Below, in pieces: positions 54,070-63,435 of a DNA stretch of 64,000 bases. Source of the DNA: a virus. Taxonomy: Duplodnaviria; Caudoviricetes. The notes beneath the pieces are model-generated. The model was not told the origin of the DNA. It made no database searches and was given only the letters and a program-made list of their open reading frames with translations. Where the stretch lies: IMG/VR virus record IMGVR_UViG_3300009185_000001, positions 1-64,000 of that record; one strand, written 5' to 3'. The position numbers were made by a program, and so were the translations under genes. Within the stretch, counting starts at the first letter, position 1. Each line of letters opens with the position of its first letter.

Positions 54070-54891
54070 ATGTCATTCATGAAATCATACCTCTCAGTAT
54101 TAAACGAAGATACAAAGAAGAATTCCAGCGTTGCAGCTGATAACACTGGAGAACTTGAAGGTGCAGAAAAAGCAAAGAAATTTGTTAAAGATTCTGGACC
54201 AGAAGCCGTAAAAACTGAAAAACCAGTTAAGGGACCACACTCCGAACAAGATGCTGATTCACTTCCTAAATCTGTTAGCAGCGAATCTAAAAACCCATTT
54301 GATCTCCTTTATAATAAAATTTTAGCTCAAGAAGCATTTGGTGAAGAAGAGGGCGATACCTTAGATTTTTCCGGTGAAGTTGAAGATGAAGCTGGTGATG
54401 AAATGAACTTTGACATGGAAGATTTAGAAGAACCTTCTGAAGAAGAAGGAGAAGAAACCGAAAAAGAAGGTCTTGAAGCTGTTCTCGATCATTTAAAAAG
54501 TGCTGTATCCGCCTTAGAGTCTTTAATCGGTGAAGAAGAAGGCGAAGAAGAAGGCGAAGAAGAAGGCGAAGAAGATATGGATATGGACGAAGAAGACATG
54601 GATTCTGATGAAGATATGGGAGAATATCCAGTTTCTGAGGAATCTGTGGAAGCCGAAATTGAAGGCCATGCGCTCGTTAATAAGGAAAGATTAGAAAATA
54701 AATTAAACAAATCTTCAAATCAAAAAGTCAAAAATGCTGTTCCGGTAACTAAAAAGAAAGCACAAGTTACTAAAGGAACTCGATATGACGGAAAGCCTGA
54801 ACCCTTCCGTTCAAATCCAGAAGAATTAACAAAACCATCTAAACACAATGTTGGTGGAGTTAAAGTTGGAAAAGGTCTTTTTGATCAGTAA
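54070..54891 (+). CDS. Highly acidic late protein; possible prohead core/scaffold
   Basis: E/D-rich centre, GEEE repeats; GGTAAATA at 54041-54048. Confidence 0.55.
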   Translation: MSFMKSYLSVLNEDTKKNSSVAADNTGELEGAEKAKKFVKDSGPEAVKTEKPVKGPHSEQDADSLPKSVSSESKNPFDLLYNKILAQEAFGEEEGDTLDFSGEVEDEAGDEMNFDMEDLEEPSEEEGEETEKEGLEAVLDHLKSAVSALESLIGEEEGEEEGEEEGEEDMDMDEEDMDSDEDMGEYPVSEESVEAEIEGHALVNKERLENKLNKSSNQKVKNAVPVTKKKAQVTKGTRYDGKPEPFRSNPEELTKPSKHNVGGVKVGKGLFDQ

Positions 54892-54911
54892 TATAAAAAA
54901 ACATAATATTT

Positions 54912-54945
54912 AAAAAATCCGATACATTGTATCGGATTTTTTTTT
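54912..54945. terminator. Bidirectional intrinsic terminator
   Basis: 15-bp perfect inverted repeat AAAAAATCCGATACA-T-TGTATCGGATTTTTT. Confidence 0.8.
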
Positions 54946-54965
54946 GCTATGACTAAGTATAGGAT

Positions 54966-55316
54966 ATGGAAAACTTTTCTAAATTTTTTGATGCTTCGAA
55001 AGAAAGATTTACTCCGAACACTAGAAAACATCATCAGAATCCAATTCGTTCTATAAACAGAAAACATCAAAATCAGGTTGCAAGAATGTACGGTGCAGCA
55101 GGAAGAAAAGATGATCCTATAGTAGATAGCATTGTAAAATATGATAAAGTTGGAAAATGGCCTGTTGGAATCGCTGCTGCACAACGACTTTTAAAAACAT
55201 ACGGAATAAAACATCTTCCAGAAAAAAGCTATTCAAAGGCAATAAACAGAACAGGAATCATGATTAATTATGATTCAAACACTAAAAAATTTACGTTAAG
55301 TAGACAAAGAAAATAA
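54966..55316 (+). CDS. Hypothetical basic late protein
   Basis: CTAAGTA at 54953-54959. Confidence 0.65.
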   Translation: MENFSKFFDASKERFTPNTRKHHQNPIRSINRKHQNQVARMYGAAGRKDDPIVDSIVKYDKVGKWPVGIAAAQRLLKTYGIKHLPEKSYSKAINRTGIMINYDSNTKKFTLSRQRK

Positions 55317-55317
55317 T

Positions 55318-55947
55318 ATGGAAAGTTTAAGATATTTAAATAAAACAAAAAACCAAACAGAAAGACAAAACTTTTCAAATTGGTGGAAAGAACAAATAAA
55401 CATCTACGGACAAGAAGTTTTATATTATTCCAATACCGCACCGCTTTCTAGTTTTAACTTTTTATATGGTGAAAAACCAGACGGTGGCTTTACCGATGGT
55501 AAACCACTGATTGTTTTATTAAATTTAAATAACGATTCTCTTTTACTTTCAAAATTTGGAATACTAGCAGATAGTGATATGTCCGGAGTAATCCATCCTT
55601 ATCACTTTACGTTGCTATATGGTCTATCCTCGGAACCAAGAGCAGGGGATTTGATGATGCTATCTGAATTTGGAATAGACAGATTGAATTACCCTAGAAG
55701 AGGACCAACAATTTATCAACTTACAGAAGTAATAGATGAATTTCAAGGGAATCCACTAGGAGGACATTATGTTTGGTTTTTTAAAGGTAAGCGATATGAC
55801 TATAGCTTTGAAACAAATAGTCCAGGTTCTGGAATGGGAAATATTCCTCTGGATGATAATGATAAAGCCAATGAAGCAAGTTTAAATAACTTTGATTATG
55901 CTACAGAAAATCCATGCGACAATACTTCTGTATATGGAAATTATTGA
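55318..55947 (+). CDS. gp14: Neck/head-closure protein, gp14-like
   Basis: I.IYGQ.V.Y..., YGE, KFG....D...., P..GD.. pattern. Confidence 0.6.
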   Translation: MESLRYLNKTKNQTERQNFSNWWKEQINIYGQEVLYYSNTAPLSSFNFLYGEKPDGGFTDGKPLIVLLNLNNDSLLLSKFGILADSDMSGVIHPYHFTLLYGLSSEPRAGDLMMLSEFGIDRLNYPRRGPTIYQLTEVIDEFQGNPLGGHYVWFFKGKRYDYSFETNSPGSGMGNIPLDDNDKANEASLNNFDYATENPCDNTSVYGNY

Positions 55948-56231
55948 ATAATTTCTATATTTAGATTGTCATTAGAATTTTCTTCGGAGTAACAAACATC
56001 TATGTTATAATCTTCCATTAGGATTTTCTTTAAAATGATATCCTCGGTAGCGGTGATATAATCTCTGATTGCCTTTGGCTTATATACTATCTTTTCTGGA
56101 GAAACACCCTTTTGTTCTGCTTTATCAGAAACAATATTCACAGCCTCGTATAGAGCTATCCACTTGGATAACATAGAAGCTTTTCCATGCATTTCTTCCC
56201 ACCATGTAATTGGATTTGTTTTAGTATTCAT
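55941..56231 (-). CDS. Hypothetical protein
   Basis: Co-directional cluster. Confidence 0.6.
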   Translation of the reverse strand: MNTKTNPITWWEEMHGKASMLSKWIALYEAVNIVSDKAEQKGVSPEKIVYKPKAIRDYITATEDIILKKILMEDYNIDVCYSEENSNDNLNIEIIQ

Positions 56232-56233
56232 GA

Positions 56234-56662
56234 TTATTCTTTTATAAAAGTTGGAGCTGAGAGTGCGCTTTGATTGCTTATAACTGGTTCTGTAATTCTA
56301 GCAACTGTAAAATTGATATTAACAAAATTCCTCTTTTCGCATGAATCACACACAAATTCTACTCTTTCGTTTTCATCTGGAATAAAAGTCAATACATTAG
56401 GTTTTTTACAATAAGCACATTCCAATATTGTAGATAGTTGCTCTAACTTATCTAATTCTTTTTGTCTGGTGATTTGATAAAAATAGTTATTAAACAACCC
56501 CCCAAAAAAGGAAAATAGAATATATTGAATGCTAAGAGATAATAGAAATGCAGCAATATAATTCTGTCCCACCATCCAAGCAGATAGTGATATTAAAGCA
56601 GATGTTAGTGTTACAGTTAGTGTTGATTTTAGAAATAATATTACTTCTTTGTTAATTTTCAT
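56234..56662 (-). CDS. Membrane protein with zinc ribbon
   Basis: Two TM segments, CAYC and CDSC. Confidence 0.6.
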   Translation of the reverse strand: MKINKEVILFLKSTLTVTLTSALISLSAWMVGQNYIAAFLLSLSIQYILFSFFGGLFNNYFYQITRQKELDKLEQLSTILECAYCKKPNVLTFIPDENERVEFVCDSCEKRNFVNINFTVARITEPVISNQSALSAPTFIKE

Positions 56663-56707
56663 AATTTGAATATTACATCAAATCATCAAAATTGTAAAGA
56701 TATATTT

Positions 56708-57151
56708 TTAAAAAATATTAGGATTTTGCTTTGCATCAATCTCTACTAGATTTGCAAAGTTTAATACATTACTTCCAACCTTTTTAATTCCTATTAATGA
56801 AGTTTTTGTCAATTTCATCAAAACTTTAATAGCTAGTTTTTGTCTTTTGTTTAGTGATGGGTTTTCACTTACACAACGCTGCATTTTTCTATATGCAGAA
56901 AGAAGATATACAAAACTATCCGCTAAATCGCTAGTAACTGTATCCAAAGGCCAAGGAATTGATGGAATCTTTTCCGGTTCTGGAGCAGTTGGTGGAAACA
57001 CTGGAGGAGAACCTTTCTGGTATGGAAAGGAATATCCTTGGCTACTGCTGTATGGTTGATAATCTTTTCTAGGTAATTCACTAGTACCACCATATTGGCG
57101 ATTATTCCACAAGCCATCCAAGGACTCTTCAAGTGTTTCTTCGAAGTTCAT
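56708..57151 (-). CDS. Hypothetical protein
   Basis: MNFEETLEES N-terminus, Pro-rich segment. Confidence 0.6.
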   Translation of the reverse strand: MNFEETLEESLDGLWNNRQYGGTSELPRKDYQPYSSSQGYSFPYQKGSPPVFPPTAPEPEKIPSIPWPLDTVTSDLADSFVYLLSAYRKMQRCVSENPSLNKRQKLAIKVLMKLTKTSLIGIKKVGSNVLNFANLVEIDAKQNPNIF

Positions 57152-57152
57152 T

Positions 57153-57335
57153 TTAGTTTACTCTTCCAACTTTAACCAAATTTCCACATCTGGAACAAAC
57201 CCATCTACAGATGTTTTCTGTTTCTTTGGTTTGTTGATTTTGTATAGAAGATACTTGACCGCTAACATTTGCTCCGCAAAAGGTGCAAGCAATCGGCCTG
57301 TTTGTAACTGTATTATATGATGGAGTATTATTCAT
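57153..57335 (-). CDS. Small zinc-ribbon protein
   Basis: CTFC...CSRC; GTAAATA at 57340-57346. Confidence 0.6.
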   Translation of the reverse strand: MNNTPSYNTVTNRPIACTFCGANVSGQVSSIQNQQTKETENICRWVCSRCGNLVKVGRVN

Positions 57336-57346
57336 GTCGTATTTAC

Positions 57347-58153
57347 TTACTTACCATCCGATGGTCTCCAAGTGTCTTTTGGTTGTTCATTTGTAATTAA
57401 TTCTTTAAATTTATGTGTTATATATTTGCAAAGTTCTGAACGAACAATATCTTCTTCGGTTAATTCCATGCAAAAAATTCCATGTTCTTTAGATTCTTCA
57501 TTATTGAAAAGATTATAAATTTTATCAAATCCTGATTTTCCAATTGGCAAATCGCTTTGTTCTGGATCACCACATAAAAAAACCTTTGAAAATTCTCCAA
57601 TTCTACTCATAAGAGTATGTATTTCTCGTTTAGAAAAGTTTTGAACTTCATCTGCACATACAAATTTTGCCGAAAAATGAAGTCCTCTTGCAAAATTTAT
57701 AGGACATATTGTTAGTCTATTATCCTTTTCTAGCTTATCTATCAAGGATTTATTCAATAATTCTTGAAATTTATCGTGAAAAGGAGTCAAATAAACATTA
57801 AATTTCTCCGCAATATCACCCGGTAGAAACCCCAACTTAGAATCCGATGATTCGACCGCTGATCTGACTAAAACCATATCAGAAACTCTTCTCATATTTA
57901 AAAGAGTAAGACCGCAATACATTCCCAAGGTAGTTTTACTCGTTCCTGCTGGACCCTTCAACAATAATACCTTTGTTTTTTTGTCTAAAAACGTTTTTAT
58001 TATTTCCTTTTGTCTATTCGTCCACGGTAATTCCTTAACTGTTAAGTCGAATTTTATTTTATCACGTTGAAAAACATATGGAGAGGTGTCTTCGGAAGAT
58101 GTTTCAATTTTACTTTCCAAAGGCTTCGCTTTTGATCGAGGTTTATTACGCAT
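57347..58153 (-). CDS. phoH: PhoH-family ATPase
   Basis: GPAGTSKT, LGFLPG, RG..F, DEVQN, GDPEQ.D, DIVRS. Confidence 0.92.
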   Translation of the reverse strand: MRNKPRSKAKPLESKIETSSEDTSPYVFQRDKIKFDLTVKELPWTNRQKEIIKTFLDKKTKVLLLKGPAGTSKTTLGMYCGLTLLNMRRVSDMVLVRSAVESSDSKLGFLPGDIAEKFNVYLTPFHDKFQELLNKSLIDKLEKDNRLTICPINFARGLHFSAKFVCADEVQNFSKREIHTLMSRIGEFSKVFLCGDPEQSDLPIGKSGFDKIYNLFNNEESKEHGIFCMELTEEDIVRSELCKYITHKFKELITNEQPKDTWRPSDGK

Positions 58154-58165
58154 CAGTAATAATTA

Positions 58166-58606
58166 CTAAGCACTCGGCTGATTTAAAGGGTTGTATTGTT
58201 TTCCGTTTGGTTGTTGTGATGTTTGTTGTGTAGTTTTTGTTCCCGATTGTTGATATGTAGTTGGATTTTCTCCTTGTTTTGCCTCTTGTTTTTCAACTGG
58301 TGTTTCAGTTGGTTTCAATTTATCAGCAACCGATAGAAAAGTTTCTAATTCTTTTGGAGATAGATTTGGATTTTCTGGATTGTTTTTTAGTTTTTCAAAA
58401 GCACTGTGTAAAGGATCATCTGCTGTACCGCTTGGTGTATCAAATAATTTAGAAGCAAGTGCCTTTGCGTTTGGGTTTGAATTTGCTTTTCCACTACTTG
58501 TAATAGCATTTCTAATATCTTCTACTGCTTTGTTAATAAGAGGATTTTGATTATCTTCTAACAATTGTTCACTAGCTTTATTTATAATTTTGTCAAAATT
58601 TTTCAT
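58166..58606 (-). CDS. Hypothetical protein
   Basis: MKNFDKII...QLLED N-terminus, Q/P-rich tail. Confidence 0.6.
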   Translation of the reverse strand: MKNFDKIINKASEQLLEDNQNPLINKAVEDIRNAITSSGKANSNPNAKALASKLFDTPSGTADDPLHSAFEKLKNNPENPNLSPKELETFLSVADKLKPTETPVEKQEAKQGENPTTYQQSGTKTTQQTSQQPNGKQYNPLNQPSA

Positions 58607-58677
58607 TCTATATATAATTATACTGTATATTAAAATTTTCTTAATAAAAAAAAATAATTAAATGGATATTAATGAAA

Positions 58678-58685
58678 GGTAAATA
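58678..58685 (+). promoter_or_regulatory. Late promoter motif
   Basis: GGTAAATA 12 nt before the tail sheath ATG. Confidence 0.6.
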
Positions 58686-58697
58686 GTATTATAAATT

Positions 58698-61097
58698 ATG
58701 TCAACAAGAACCATAGCATCTCCCGGTGTACAAATTAACGAAGTAGATCTTAGCCTTATTGCAAGACCAATTGGAGCAACAAATACCTTTATTACAGGGT
58801 TTGCCAGCCAAGGACCAACTGATGAGATTATCAATGTTGGAAGCATTTCCGAATATGAAGAAGTTTTCGGAACTCCAACAAATGCAGCTGAAAGATATCT
58901 TTACCATTCTGCTCGTCAACTTTTAACACAATCTCCTACCAATCTTTTGGTGACGAGAATGCCATATGGATCTGGTGCAGGAGCAGGGTTTTCCAATCAA
59001 TATACTGCTTTAGTATATCCTCTTGAAGGAAAAACTACAACTAAAGTAGCTGCATTAAGTACATTTAATGGAAGTACTGCATTGAGTTCTGACGGATCTA
59101 ATTCATATCCTGTATATTTGGGATATGATAATGAAATTTCACATTCAACTTATTGGTCTAGTCCCACAGCAGTAAGTGCTGTTTATGAAAATACAATGGT
59201 AAGCGTTATTACCGGATATACTATATCAACTACCAACATTTCCTATACAGATTCTACATCATATAATGTATTGTCTCCTAAATCTATTTTGCTTTCTGAT
59301 AATCAATATTTGGATATCGTTGAAAATAATATTACTTGGGGAAATTCTTATAGTGCTGTTAATATAAAAAGTTTTAAAGATCTTCAAAACTATGGCGGTA
59401 TTGTTGTTATTGATTCTGCAAAAACTTCTGTCAATAATCTTTATGAAGGTTATTACATTGCTGTTGCTGATAATTCCAATCACAACCCTGCAACTGACTT
59501 TACTTCTATAACAAGTGTAAAAGCAGGTAATACAATTATTAATGGAAATTATCAAACATTTGTAACAGTTCCAAGCTCAAGATTAAACTTTACTCTGACT
59601 CAATCATTTTCATCCGCAGGAAATAGTATTTCTCAAACAGTTGAACAGTTCCCAAGAGGAATTGATTTTGGAACTAGCTATTATAACGATTGCTTAACTC
59701 TTATGGTGTTTAAGCTTCGTACCTCTATATATGCTCAGGACACGGTTGTTATCGACGCAATTGTATCAGAGGGCTATACTGGTTCATTATATAGCAAACG
59801 CACACAAAATGATAGAAATGGTGGTCCTGCTGTTACTTTCTTCTTGGAAGATATAGCAAATAAAGCATCAAATACCATTAAGGTTGTAATAAATCCTTAT
59901 ATTTCAAATACTGGAGATTGGGTTAATGATGATGGTTTACCAGCCAAGACAGTAAGAACTGCTAATGAAACTAAAAGTCTTTTCTCACAGGGCGTTTATA
60001 TTTCAGATACAAATGCAGTTGCGGGTGATGTTGGAAATGTTCCAGCAAAACTTCAAAGAATTTTAAATAATATCGACAATCTTGATATTGATTTAGACGT
60101 AACTGTCGAAGCTGGATTAGGAACCATTTGGACAGGTGCTAAAGCAAGAAAAACTGCTTTATATGGAACTTCTACTGTGAATGCTCCGTATATCTATGAC
60201 GAAACCTATAATGTTTCTACAACAGTACTTAAAGATCAGACTAATAATCCGGTTGGAGGAATAGGTGCGGATTATAAAGATATTTCAAATCAATTCATAG
60301 CATTTGCTGATAATACTAGAAAGGATCATGTTTTTATTGCAGATCCTCTTAAATATATCTTCATTCAAGGAGCGGATTCTAAAGTATCTAGAAATGCTAA
60401 TTATGTTTTCTCTAGTGATACCTACTGGCCATTAAAAAATCTTTATGCTGGAAACGTTTCAAGCTATGCAGCGGTTTACGGAAACTGGATTAAAACAAAT
60501 GATACCGCTTCTAACAAGCAAGTTTGGATTCCTTCTTCTGGTTATGTTGCCGCAGTGTTTGCGACATCTTCACAAATAGCATATCCTTGGTCTGCTCCTG
60601 CTGGTTTTAATCGCGGTGTTCTAACGAATATTACTGATGTTGGAATCAATCCTACACAAAAACAACGTGATTTACTTGCGAGAATAAATGTCAATCCAAT
60701 TGCATTCTTTCCCGGAGATGGATTTGTAATATTTGGTCAGAAAACATTGTTTACAAAACCTTCCGCATTTGATCGAATCAACGTAAGAAGACTCTTCTTA
60801 TCACTCGAAAAAACAACAGAAAGCTTATTAAAATTCTATGTATTCGAGCCTAACACATTCACAACCAGATCTCGTTTGGTCAATGGTTTAGCTCCTGTAT
60901 TCAATCAGGCTAAAAACAATGATGGTTTATATGACTATAGAATCGTTTGCGATGAGCGTAACAATACTCCTGATGTAATTGATAACAATGAACTCAGACT
61001 TTCTATATACATTCAACCAGTCAGAACTGCTGAATTTATTTTAGCTGATTTCATTGCAACCAGAACAGGCATCGATTTTAACGAGCTTATTAGATGA
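58698..61097 (+). CDS. gp18: Contractile tail sheath protein
   Basis: SPGV.I.E.DLS, GF...GP, W.APAG.NRG, FDRINVRRLF, FEPN...TR, I.P....EFI. Confidence 0.97.
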   Translation: MSTRTIASPGVQINEVDLSLIARPIGATNTFITGFASQGPTDEIINVGSISEYEEVFGTPTNAAERYLYHSARQLLTQSPTNLLVTRMPYGSGAGAGFSNQYTALVYPLEGKTTTKVAALSTFNGSTALSSDGSNSYPVYLGYDNEISHSTYWSSPTAVSAVYENTMVSVITGYTISTTNISYTDSTSYNVLSPKSILLSDNQYLDIVENNITWGNSYSAVNIKSFKDLQNYGGIVVIDSAKTSVNNLYEGYYIAVADNSNHNPATDFTSITSVKAGNTIINGNYQTFVTVPSSRLNFTLTQSFSSAGNSISQTVEQFPRGIDFGTSYYNDCLTLMVFKLRTSIYAQDTVVIDAIVSEGYTGSLYSKRTQNDRNGGPAVTFFLEDIANKASNTIKVVINPYISNTGDWVNDDGLPAKTVRTANETKSLFSQGVYISDTNAVAGDVGNVPAKLQRILNNIDNLDIDLDVTVEAGLGTIWTGAKARKTALYGTSTVNAPYIYDETYNVSTTVLKDQTNNPVGGIGADYKDISNQFIAFADNTRKDHVFIADPLKYIFIQGADSKVSRNANYVFSSDTYWPLKNLYAGNVSSYAAVYGNWIKTNDTASNKQVWIPSSGYVAAVFATSSQIAYPWSAPAGFNRGVLTNITDVGINPTQKQRDLLARINVNPIAFFPGDGFVIFGQKTLFTKPSAFDRINVRRLFLSLEKTTESLLKFYVFEPNTFTTRSRLVNGLAPVFNQAKNNDGLYDYRIVCDERNNTPDVIDNNELRLSIYIQPVRTAEFILADFIATRTGIDFNELIR

Positions 61098-61118
61098 TCT
61101 AAAAGATAAATATATTAT

Positions 61119-61685
61119 ATGGCAAACCTATTTCAAAACCAAGATATCAATAGCTTCTTTCAGAATGCTATCAACAAAGATTTCGCAAGAACAAATCTTT
61201 TTCGAGTTCTTTACATATCATCTGGAGCAACAAACATTGTTTTTGATCAGCAAGACTTAGTATATATTACTACAACAAGTCTTCCTAAACGTGCGATTAA
61301 AAACATTCAAGTTCCTTTTATGGGTCTTCAATTCAATGTTCCCGGAACCGCTAGCTATCCTTCAAGTGATTCTTGGAATGTAACCTTTAGAATGCCACAG
61401 GACGTATCCATTCGTTCTAAACTTGAACTCTGGACTCGCGGGACATTCGATGATGCAACAAGTACTGGTTCTTATAACGTAAAAGACTTAGGAAATATTG
61501 GTCTTGCACTTATGGGCAAGGGCGGTCAAGTCATAAGAATTTATAATTTAATCGGTGCTTATTGTGTAAACATTGGTGATTATAATCTTGATGTAACTGC
61601 TGGTGGTGAAATTGTTACTACACAGGCAACAATTGCATATCAGTACTGGGTTCAGCCAGAATCATCTCCGCTTCTTACTAGATAA
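61119..61685 (+). CDS. gp19: Tail tube protein
   Basis: AR.NLF.V, LP........VP..G.....PG, W..TF, W, Y.YW; GATAAATA at 61105-61112. Confidence 0.85.
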   Translation: MANLFQNQDINSFFQNAINKDFARTNLFRVLYISSGATNIVFDQQDLVYITTTSLPKRAIKNIQVPFMGLQFNVPGTASYPSSDSWNVTFRMPQDVSIRSKLELWTRGTFDDATSTGSYNVKDLGNIGLALMGKGGQVIRIYNLIGAYCVNIGDYNLDVTAGGEIVTTQATIAYQYWVQPESSPLLTR

Positions 61686-61722
61686 CTAGATCAAATGATT
61701 CTAAGCATATAAGTATTCTTAT

Positions 61723-62418
61723 ATGACTAGCCCATATCGTTATTATTTAGACGTAATAAGTCAATGGCCAACCGCTATTGTCAGTGAAAGTCAATGGTTT
61801 ACATGGTTTGATTTGCCGTCTGTTGGTGCTTTAAAGGCTGACTTGGCAACTACCGTGAGGAATGTTGATTCTGGAGCGGATAATACATGGGATATACCAA
61901 AGGGTATTGTAGATAATTTAATAAAAAGTGAATATCAATTAGCTACAGAAAACTTAATTGGCTGTGTTTTTGCCAGACAAGTAACCCTTCCCGGTGAATC
62001 TATAACGGCAGGAAATGATGGATTGGATTATTCCGGATATCAAGCACCTGCAATTACTAGTGGTAGACAAAGTTATAAAAAATTACAAATATATTTTGTA
62101 GAAACCAATAGTTCTTTTATTGATTTAGTAATTCGTCCTTGGATTATTTTGGTTGGTTATTATGGATTTATAGCAAGAAGCAATCCAACAAACAATCCTA
62201 GAAGTGTTAAGTGTAATTCTTTAGATGTTGTATATTTAGGAAAAACCGGAGCATATTCACCATCTATAAAAAGAAAAATAGTAAGGTTTTATGGAATTGC
62301 TCCTGTTTCAGTAAATGGATTATCAAATACATATGCAAGTGATGGTATGCAATTCACATCTGTAGATTTTACATACGATTCTTATAGCGTATTAGCACCT
62401 GATTATATAATTGAGTGA
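61723..62418 (+). CDS. Tail-tube-like baseplate protein (gp19/gp54 family)
   Basis: V.LPGE, F.ET..S..D..IRPW, P.SV, V.F.YD.Y; TATAAGTA upstream. Confidence 0.65.
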   Translation: MTSPYRYYLDVISQWPTAIVSESQWFTWFDLPSVGALKADLATTVRNVDSGADNTWDIPKGIVDNLIKSEYQLATENLIGCVFARQVTLPGESITAGNDGLDYSGYQAPAITSGRQSYKKLQIYFVETNSSFIDLVIRPWIILVGYYGFIARSNPTNNPRSVKCNSLDVVYLGKTGAYSPSIKRKIVRFYGIAPVSVNGLSNTYASDGMQFTSVDFTYDSYSVLAPDYIIE

Positions 62419-62453
62419 GTAGATAATAAGCATATCTACAATAAGATATAATA

Positions 62454-63419
62454 GTGGAATACTTTTTATACTCATCGGATCTGCCATTTTCTGGAATACA
62501 ACTTTCCTATAGGGAAATAAATTCTAAAGAACAATTAATATTAGCAAAGACTAATATCCTTTTTCCTATGAGTGAGGAAAATTCTTTAGATTATGCAAGA
62601 ATATGTAAAAATATAATATCTAATTGCGTAGAAAACAAAGAAGAATTTTATAAATTAAATCTTTTGGATTATATTTTGTTTTTAACAAAATTAAGAATAA
62701 TAAGCATCGGTCCTGAATTGAATTTACAGATGAAATCTGACGAGGATTCTACAGAAAATACAATAAAAATTTCTATAGATTTGAATGTTTTTATGAAAAA
62801 TTTGTATCAAGCTGCTACAGAAGCTATGAGCAATAATTTTATAGAATCCAATGGCATAAAAATTATTTTAAATTGGCCTAGTATTAAATCTGAAAGAAAT
62901 TTATTAAATAAAAATGATAAAACTGAATTGGAACATATTCTATCAACTATACCGGAATATATAAAAACAATTATAATAAATGATAATACAATTGATTTAT
63001 TAGACTTTAACACTGAAGAAAAGATAGAAATTTACGAAAAACTACCAATTTCTTTAAGAACACAGGTGCAAATGGCAGTTATTGAATGTATAAAAAAATT
63101 ATCAGAAAAAAATATGTTTGATATTCCTATGATGGAATTTTTAAAATTTAGTTTTTACAATAAAACACATCAAGAAATTATTAGATTGTTATTTTCTAAT
63201 GATTTAAGAAATATATATCAAGAATACTATGTTTTAGCGTCAAAAAAGATAAATCCGGAATATGTAGATAAATTATCAATACCAGAGCGAAGAGTTTTTT
63301 GTTCTTTCATAGAAGAAGAAATAAAAGCTAGAGAAGAAAATAATAAAACAGGTGATGAAATGCCAATATCAGACGGTCAGACCGGATTGCAGGATTTAAT
63401 AGATGAATTTGAGGGATAG
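62454..63419 (+). CDS. Baseplate hub subunit, gp26-like
   Basis: LP.SG..L.YR....KEQ.IL, NC......L...D...L..LR..SIG. Confidence 0.7.
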   Translation: MEYFLYSSDLPFSGIQLSYREINSKEQLILAKTNILFPMSEENSLDYARICKNIISNCVENKEEFYKLNLLDYILFLTKLRIISIGPELNLQMKSDEDSTENTIKISIDLNVFMKNLYQAATEAMSNNFIESNGIKIILNWPSIKSERNLLNKNDKTELEHILSTIPEYIKTIIINDNTIDLLDFNTEEKIEIYEKLPISLRTQVQMAVIECIKKLSEKNMFDIPMMEFLKFSFYNKTHQEIIRLLFSNDLRNIYQEYYVLASKKINPEYVDKLSIPERRVFCSFIEEEIKAREENNKTGDEMPISDGQTGLQDLIDEFEG

Positions 63420-63435
63420 GTAGGTAATTACTAAT

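Noticed and set aside
57347-58153. PhoH Walker A reads GPAGTSKT rather than GPAGTGKT
   Set aside because: The catalytic Lys/Thr and other motifs are intact; not enough to call it inactive
484-63013. Many antisense or overlapping ORFs of 60-130 aa in the track (e.g. 484-756, 4401-4619, 8062-8364, 13881-14141, 18347-18745, 51355-51681)
   Set aside because: They lie opposite or within well-supported genes, have F/I/L/S-skewed shadow composition and show no motifs
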